DNA of 64,000 nucleotides from Planctomycetota bacterium (GTDB lineage Bacteria; Planctomycetota; B15-G4): NCBI GenBank assembly GCA_965248575.1, contig CBDFJQ010000002.1, positions 4,736,001 to 4,800,000 of the forward strand, read 5' to 3'. Shown piece by piece: positions 57,893 to 64,000 of this stretch (position 1 is its first letter; each line of letters starts with the position of its first letter). The notes under the pieces were generated by a model. It saw only the letters and a program-made list of their open reading frames with translations, ran no database searches and was not told where the DNA came from. The position numbers and the translations under genes were made by a program.

Positions 57893-59062
57893 TTGATCAC
57901 TCTCCTCCACAACGCTGAACTCTTCGCACCCCAGGCGATGGGCCGCAACACGCTGGCCATCGCCGGTGGGCTGCTGCTGGGCATCGGCCCCGGGGAAGCC
58001 CGCTGGTCGGGGCCTTGTGATGTGGACGAGCGCGACCTGGGGGGCGCCCGGGTGATCCCCGGTTTCGTGGACGGGCATGCTCACACCAGCGGTGGCGGAG
58101 GTGAGGCCGGGCCAGAGACGCGCGTGCCTGCGCCGCTGCTCTCGAACTTCACCCGCGCGGGTGTCACCAGCGTGGTGGGGCTGCTGGGCACGGATGCCGA
58201 GACCCGCAGCATGGAAGAGCTGCTGGCGCACACCAGGGCGCTGCGCGCCGAGGGGCTGGGGGCGTGGTGCTACACCGGCGGCTACCATCTGCCAGCCTGC
58301 ACCCTGACGGGGAGCGCGCGCGGCGACATCGTGCAGCTGGATCCCGTGCTTGGGGTGGGCGAGTTGGCGTTGTCAGACTTCCGCTCCAGCCAGCCGACCC
58401 TGGACGAGCTATTGCGCATCGCCTCCGAGGCGCAGGTGGGTGGCATGTTGAGCGGCAAAGCGGGCGTGCTGCACCTGCACATGGGCGACGGCGCGCGAGG
58501 TCTCGACCTCGTGCGACAGGCCATGAAGCAGAGCGAGCTGCCGGCGCGGGTCTTCAACCCGACCCACGTGAACCGCCAACCTGCTCTGTTCGAGGAGGCG
58601 CTGGAGCTGGCGAAGGCCGGCTGCGTCATCGACCTCACCTGCTTCCCCGTGGGCGAGGACGACCCGGCCCTGCCAGCTGAAGAGGCTCTTGCGGCCTATC
58701 TGGATGCGGGCTTGCCCGCGCACAGGATCACCATGAGTTCGGACAGCGGTGGCTGTCTGCCGCGCTTCGACTCCGAGGGGTCCATGACCCACATGGACGT
58801 GGCCGATGCAGGCTGCCTGTCCGCCACGCTGGCGAAGCTCTTGGCTGCCGGGCGGTCGCTCGAGAGCGTCCTGCCCGCCTTCACCTCGAACCCGGCCCGG
58901 CATCTCAAGCTCAAGGGCAAGGGGCGCCTGGACCCGGGTTGCGACGCCGACCTCGTGGTGCTGGGAAACAACGACCTTCCGCGCAGCGTGATGGTCGCGG
59001 GCCGCTGGCACATGCTCGATGGTGAGCTGTGTCGAAGCGGCAGCTTTGAATCACAAGACTAG
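57893..59062 (+). CDS. iadA: isoaspartyl dipeptidase (beta-aspartyl peptidase)
   Basis: 'PGFVDGHAH.SGGGGEAG', 'GVTSVVGLLGTD', 'GELALSDFRSSQP', 'HMGDG', 'PTHVNR', 'SSDSGG.LP'. TTG start after GGAG. Confidence 0.93.
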   Translation: MITLLHNAELFAPQAMGRNTLAIAGGLLLGIGPGEARWSGPCDVDERDLGGARVIPGFVDGHAHTSGGGGEAGPETRVPAPLLSNFTRAGVTSVVGLLGTDAETRSMEELLAHTRALRAEGLGAWCYTGGYHLPACTLTGSARGDIVQLDPVLGVGELALSDFRSSQPTLDELLRIASEAQVGGMLSGKAGVLHLHMGDGARGLDLVRQAMKQSELPARVFNPTHVNRQPALFEEALELAKAGCVIDLTCFPVGEDDPALPAEEALAAYLDAGLPAHRITMSSDSGGCLPRFDSEGSMTHMDVADAGCLSATLAKLLAAGRSLESVLPAFTSNPARHLKLKGKGRLDPGCDADLVVLGNNDLPRSVMVAGRWHMLDGELCRSGSFESQD

Positions 59063-59104
59063 ACAGACGCCGTTCCCCGAAGACTGCAGCGAGACGCACT
59101 CATC

Positions 59105-59926
59105 ATGTCACGTGGCTATTTGATCCCGATTGGTGGCGCCGAAGACAAGATCCGCCAATCGACGATTCTGAAGAGGTTCACGACAATCGCCGGCGGTGAG
59201 AAGGCGCGGATCGTGATCATCCCAACAGCATCGCGCCTGACTGATACGGCTTCGCGTTACGAGGCGGTCTTCCGGGAGATCGGCGTGGGGACGGTGGAGT
59301 CTTTGCCGTTCGAGGAGCGCGGCGACTGCAAGCGCGCCGACTACCTGGAGATCCTCGAGTCGGCCACGGGGGTGTTCATGACAGGCGGCAACCAGCTCCG
59401 GCTCTCCACCACACTGGGCGGCACGCCCGTGGCGGAGATGATGCGGGAGCGCCACCAGTCAGACGGGCTGCACGTTGCGGGGACCTCGGCCGGCGCGTCC
59501 TTCATGGCAGAGCACATGATCGCGGGCGGCGAGGAGGGCTCGACGCCACGCAGCGACATGGTGACGCTGGTGCCAGGCTTGGGCCTGACCCATTCCATGA
59601 TCGTCGACCAGCACTTCCGGCAACGCGACCGCTTGGGTCGCTTGCTGACATCGATTGCCTACAACCCTCGGCCCATCGGGGTCGGCCTGGACGAGGACAC
59701 GGCGGCCTTCATCGACCCAGAAGACACCTTGGAGGTGGTGGGCAGCGGCGCGATTACGGTCGTCGACCCCTCCGAGATGGAGTTCTCGTCGATGGATTCC
59801 GCGAGTCGCCACGACCCGGTCTGCTTGATCAATATCCGCTTGCACGTCCTCGTGGAGGGCGGCACCTACGATATCGAGACGCGCCAGGCCCGTCGGGCCG
59901 CGGTGGTCTCTGGGGAAACCGAATGA
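59105..59926 (+). CDS. cphB: cyanophycinase
   Basis: 'IGGAEDK', 'TGGNQLRL', nucleophile GTSAGA, 'DQHF.QRDRLGRL', 'GLDEDT'. Confidence 0.95.
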   Translation: MSRGYLIPIGGAEDKIRQSTILKRFTTIAGGEKARIVIIPTASRLTDTASRYEAVFREIGVGTVESLPFEERGDCKRADYLEILESATGVFMTGGNQLRLSTTLGGTPVAEMMRERHQSDGLHVAGTSAGASFMAEHMIAGGEEGSTPRSDMVTLVPGLGLTHSMIVDQHFRQRDRLGRLLTSIAYNPRPIGVGLDEDTAAFIDPEDTLEVVGSGAITVVDPSEMEFSSMDSASRHDPVCLINIRLHVLVEGGTYDIETRQARRAAVVSGETE

Positions 59927-62715
59927 AGGTCACCTCGCGCTCCGTCTACCTTGGCCCGAGCACCTACGCGCTCTTTCCGGTGATCCGTCTGACCGTCCAG
60001 CTGGGCGAGCTGGAAGAGTGGTCGTCGACACGACTGGGCAGCGACTTCACCCAGGGTTTGATCGACGCGCTGCCCGGCCTGCATGAACACGGCTGCTCAT
60101 ATGGCGAGCCCGGCGGTTTCGTGCGACGTCTGACTGAAGGCGAAGGCACCTGGATGGGGCACATCTTCGAGCATGTCGCCATCGAGCTACAGAACATCGC
60201 GGGCGCGGATGTGAGTTTCGGGAAGACCCGGGGCACCGGAGTGCTGGGCGAGTACGACGTGGTGTACGCCTACGAGCAGGAGGACGTGGGCATCGCTTCG
60301 GGGGCCCTGGCCATGGATTTGCTGATGCACCTGCTGCCGGAGCAGCTGCAGTCGGCCAGCGTGCGTGAGGAAGACTTCAACTTCGACGAGGAGCGGGACG
60401 AGTTCATCCGGGCTTCCCAGCGTCGAGCGCTGGGGCCCAGCACCGCGAGCCTGGTGCGAGCCGCCGAAGAGCGCGACATCCCCTGGTTGCGATTGAACCG
60501 CTACAGCCTGGTGCAGTTCGGCCACGGCAAGTACGCGAGGCGCATCCAGGCCACGGTCACCGGGGAGACGCGCCACATCGCCGTGGAGATCGCGTCGGAC
60601 AAGGAAGAGACCAACAAGCTGTTGGGTGACCTCGGCCTTCCAGTGGCACGCCAGCGCATGGTCTACAGCGAGGAGGCGGCGGCACGGGCCGCAGAGCGCA
60701 TCGGTTTTCCCGTGGTGGTCAAGCCCCTCAACGCGAACCACGGCCGCGGGGTGGCCATCGGCCTGACAGACAAGGACGCCGTGCGGGTCGCCTTCACCCA
60801 CGCTCGGGAGCACAGCCGCACCGTGCTCGTGGAAGGCTACATCGAAGGGCTCGATCACCGTCTGCTGGTGGTCAACGGCGAGCTGATCGCGGCCTCGAAG
60901 CGGGTGCCTGGCCATGTCGTCGGCGACGGCAAGCACACAGTCGAGGAGCTGATGGAGGAGGTCAACCTCGACCCCCGACGCGGCATCGGGCACGAGAAGG
61001 TGCTCACCAAGCTGAGCCTGGATACCCAGGCCACGCGTTTGCTGGAGAACCTGGGCTACACGTCGGCGTCTGTTCCGCCTGAGGGTGAGGTCGTCTATCT
61101 GCGTTCGACGGGCAACCTGTCCACCGGCGGCACGGCAGTGGACGTGACCGACATCATCCACCCCGACAACCGGGAGATGGCCGTGCGTGCGGCCTTGGCC
61201 ATCGGCCTGGATGTGGCCGGTGTCGACTTCCTCACCACCGATATCAGCGAGTCCTTCAACCTGACGGGTGGCGCGATCTGCGAGGTCAACGCTGCGCCCG
61301 GCTTCCGCATGCACGTGGCGCCCAGTGAAGGCACGCCGAGGGATGTGGCGGGCCCCGTCCTGGACATGCTCTTTCCGCCGGGCAGCCCGTCACGCATTCC
61401 CGTGGCCTCGGTGACGGGGACGAACGGCAAGACCACGACCGTGCGCATGATCGCGCACATCTTCAAATTGGCAGGGCACCACGTGGGCCTGGCGACCACG
61501 GATGCGGTGTACATCGATGGCCACAAGACGGTGGAAGGCGACATGACGGGGCCACAGGCGGCGCGCATGATCCTGCGCGACCCCTCCGTGGACGTCGCCA
61601 TCCTGGAGACCGCGCGCGGAGGCCTGTTGCGCCGCGGTCTGGGTTATCTGCGCTGCAACGTGGGCGCGGTGCTGAACGTGCAGTCGGACCACTTGGGCCT
61701 GAAGGGCGTGGACACGCTCGAAGACATGGCAGCGGTGAAGCGCATCATGGTGGAGGTGGCGAAGGATGCAGCCGTGCTCAATGCCGACGACGAGCTGTGC
61801 TTGCAGATGGCCGACTACTCATCGGCCGAGCACCTCTGCTATGTGACGATGAACCCGCAGCACCCGCTGGTGCGCGAACACATCCTCGCGGGCGGCCGGG
61901 CTGTGGTGCTCGAGAAGAGCATGGCAGGTGACATGATCACCATCTACGACAACGGCTCGCACATTCCGTTGCTCTGGTCGCACGTGATCCCCGCCACCCT
62001 GGACGGCAAGGCGACGCACAATGTGCAGAACGCCATGTTCGCCGCGGCGATCTGCTTCAGCATGAACGTCAAGCTGGATGAGATCCGGCTCGGGATGCAG
62101 ACGTTCGACATGACGTACTTCCAGGCGCCAGGCCGGATGAACATCTGCGACGACCACCCCTTCCGCGTGATCCTGGACTATGGGCACAACCCGGCCGCGG
62201 TGAACGCCATGGTGAACCTCACGGATCGCTTGGAGGCCCAGGGGCGGCGCCTGGTGGTGCTTGCGGCTCCTGGCGACCGGCGTGACGAGGACATCCTTGA
62301 GATTGCGACGCTCGTGGCCGGGCACTACGAGCACTACATCTGCCGGCGCGACGACAACACCCGTGGCCGAGACGGGGATGAAGTGCCGCGCATGCAACGC
62401 CAGGCTCTCCTGGACGCGGGTGTGTCCGACGAGCAGATCGAAGTGATTCCGGATGAGGTCGAGGCCGTGCATCGCGTGCTCGAACTCTCGAACCCCGGTG
62501 ACCTGGTGCTCGTGTTCGGGGATGCCATCGCGCGCACCTGGAAGCAGATCACCGAATTCCGACCAGGCAACACGGATGCGCTGGAGGGGGCTCCCGCCGC
62601 GCCGATCCGGGTGGAACGCCAGACACTGCCTGAAGCGGCCTACGGTAAGGGGGAGGCGCTCATCCGCGATGAGCGCGGTGTTCGATTGGCGCGACCGCAG
62701 GAGCTGGAAGACTGA
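59923..62715 (+). CDS. cphA: cyanophycin synthetase (N, ATP-grasp and Mur-ligase domains)
   Basis: 'HGCS..EPGGF..R..EG.GTWMGHIFEHVAIE', 'VVKPL.ANHGRGV', 'EVNAAPGFRMH', 'VTGTNGKTT', 'ETARGG', 'DYGHN'. Confidence 0.96.
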   Translation: MKVTSRSVYLGPSTYALFPVIRLTVQLGELEEWSSTRLGSDFTQGLIDALPGLHEHGCSYGEPGGFVRRLTEGEGTWMGHIFEHVAIELQNIAGADVSFGKTRGTGVLGEYDVVYAYEQEDVGIASGALAMDLLMHLLPEQLQSASVREEDFNFDEERDEFIRASQRRALGPSTASLVRAAEERDIPWLRLNRYSLVQFGHGKYARRIQATVTGETRHIAVEIASDKEETNKLLGDLGLPVARQRMVYSEEAAARAAERIGFPVVVKPLNANHGRGVAIGLTDKDAVRVAFTHAREHSRTVLVEGYIEGLDHRLLVVNGELIAASKRVPGHVVGDGKHTVEELMEEVNLDPRRGIGHEKVLTKLSLDTQATRLLENLGYTSASVPPEGEVVYLRSTGNLSTGGTAVDVTDIIHPDNREMAVRAALAIGLDVAGVDFLTTDISESFNLTGGAICEVNAAPGFRMHVAPSEGTPRDVAGPVLDMLFPPGSPSRIPVASVTGTNGKTTTVRMIAHIFKLAGHHVGLATTDAVYIDGHKTVEGDMTGPQAARMILRDPSVDVAILETARGGLLRRGLGYLRCNVGAVLNVQSDHLGLKGVDTLEDMAAVKRIMVEVAKDAAVLNADDELCLQMADYSSAEHLCYVTMNPQHPLVREHILAGGRAVVLEKSMAGDMITIYDNGSHIPLLWSHVIPATLDGKATHNVQNAMFAAAICFSMNVKLDEIRLGMQTFDMTYFQAPGRMNICDDHPFRVILDYGHNPAAVNAMVNLTDRLEAQGRRLVVLAAPGDRRDEDILEIATLVAGHYEHYICRRDDNTRGRDGDEVPRMQRQALLDAGVSDEQIEVIPDEVEAVHRVLELSNPGDLVLVFGDAIARTWKQITEFRPGNTDALEGAPAAPIRVERQTLPEAAYGKGEALIRDERGVRLARPQELED

Positions 62716-62748
62716 TGAGAGCCTGCGCCGGACGAGGCTCCTGAGCTG

Positions 62749-64000
62749 ATGGAACTCGTGGACTCGCGGCGCTTGACGGGCGCCAACATCCTCTGGAACC
62801 GCCCGGGGGCCGTGATCGATGTGGCCGTGGCTGAGGAGCAACGCGAGGCATTGATTGCCGCTTGGGAGCAAGCCCTGCGTCGACGTCTCGATGCGGTGGG
62901 TTGGGACGCGCAGGCCACCTGCGTGCGTCGCTATGCGGGCGGCGCAAGCCTGGCGGTCAGCGCACCACTCGACGCGTTGTACGCCGCGACGGAGGTCAAC
63001 GAGAGCGCCTGGACCGCCGCACGCGCCGCGCTGCTCGGCGAGCTGCCCTCGGATTTCGACGAGGAGCTGGATCGCCTCCGGGAAGAGATCGCCCAGGAAG
63101 TGAATCCGGCCCTGCTCGCCTTGAGCGCGGCTGCCCAAGTCCGCGGCGTGCAGTTCCTCACGGATGACGATCTGGTCTCTGTAGGCCTCGGCTTCGGCTC
63201 CCGGGTCTGGGCAGTGGACGGCCTACCAGCGCCCGCTGACGTGCAGTGGACTGCCGTCCACGATGTGCCGACGGCGATGGTCACGGGCACGAACGGCAAG
63301 ACGACCACCGTGCGGCTCGTGGCGTCCATCGCGACAGCTGCCGGCCTGTGTGTCGGGCAATCCTCGACGGATCGCGTGTGCGTGGGACCGGAGATCCTCG
63401 AGACCGGCGATTGGTCGGGCCCTGGGGGAGCCCGCCTGGTGCTGCGGGACAAGCGCACCCAGGTGGGGCTCTTGGAGACGGCGCGGGGCGGCATGCTGCG
63501 GCGCGGTCTGGCGCTCGAGCGCTGCGACGTCGCCGCGGTCCTGAACGTGGGCGCCGATCACCTCGGGGAGTGGGGTGTGGGCACGCTGGACGGGCTCGCC
63601 GAAGGCAAGTTCGTCGTCACGCGCATCGCTGAGACGGTCGTGCTCAATGCCGACGACGAGGTGGTGGTCCGACATGCGACGGGCCTTGAGGCAGAGGTTG
63701 TGTGGTTCAGCTTGGATCCCGCCAACCCCGTCATCCGGAAGCATCTCGCCTACGGGGGCCAGGCCGTGGTCCTGGACGAGGGTGCACTCTGGTTCAGCCA
63801 AGCCGCCGAGCGTGTGCGGCTGCTGGCTGTGGAGGAGGTGCCGTGCACCATCGGCGGGGCGGCTCGATACAACGTGGCGAACGCCCTTGCCGCCGCAGCC
63901 ATCGCGGAACGCCTGGGCTTCACGTCGGAGGCGATCTGCGCGGGCTTGAAGGACTTCGAAAGCGACCGGGCTTCGAACCCGGGGCGTCTCAACCGCTACG
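62749..64000 (+). CDS. CphA-related Mur-ligase protein lacking the ATP-grasp domain (partial, runs off window)
   Basis: Hand translation: MELVDSRRLTGANILW...SAPLDALYAATEVNE...NPALLAL...VSVGLG...VPTAMVTGTNGKTTTVRL...ETARGGMLRRG...DHLGEWG...LNADD...NPGRLNRY. Absent from the ORF track because it has no stop in the window. Confidence 0.85.
   Translation, partial: MELVDSRRLTGANILWNRPGAVIDVAVAEEQREALIAAWEQALRRRLDAVGWDAQATCVRRYAGGASLAVSAPLDALYAATEVNESAWTAARAALLGELPSDFDEELDRLREEIAQEVNPALLALSAAAQVRGVQFLTDDDLVSVGLGFGSRVWAVDGLPAPADVQWTAVHDVPTAMVTGTNGKTTTVRLVASIATAAGLCVGQSSTDRVCVGPEILETGDWSGPGGARLVLRDKRTQVGLLETARGGMLRRGLALERCDVAAVLNVGADHLGEWGVGTLDGLAEGKFVVTRIAETVVLNADDEVVVRHATGLEAEVVWFSLDPANPVIRKHLAYGGQAVVLDEGALWFSQAAERVRLLAVEEVPCTIGGAARYNVANALAAAAIAERLGFTSEAICAGLKDFESDRASNPGRLNRY

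Noticed and set aside
1..64000. rRNA, tRNA, transposase, integrase, prophage or known defence genes
   Set aside because: None recognised by eye. A covariance or HMM scan could still find small RNAs that I missed.

Overview
GC-rich bacterial window that looks planctomycete-like. This is an inference from the ECF sigma/Ser-Thr kinase pair, three sulfatase-superfamily genes, carboxypeptidase-regulatory-domain proteins and many FG-GAP/NHL beta-propeller exoproteins. It holds about 50 genes, mostly accessory: secreted proteins, small regulons and hydrolases, ending in a cyanophycin cluster (iadA-cphB-cphA plus a CphA-like Mur-ligase gene running off the right edge). I saw no rRNA, tRNA, CRISPR array, transposase or integrase. 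Main hunt results: (1) a shared ~115-125 aa C-terminal domain (CTD) at the extreme end of seven unrelated signal-peptide proteins plus three orphan or broken copies, suggesting a lineage-specific C-terminal sorting/anchoring system; (2) a lone gene resembling animal SE-cephalotoxin/rapunzel-type helical toxins; (3) a secreted TPR-CHAT caspase-like protease translationally coupled to a small Ser/Thr-rich protein; (4) a CphA paralogue lacking the ATP-grasp domain; (5) a papain-like protease with a 16x15-bp Lys-rich insert between its catalytic residues; (6) three small regulons whose operators or promoters can be read directly. All family calls come from motif recognition by eye; no database searches were run.
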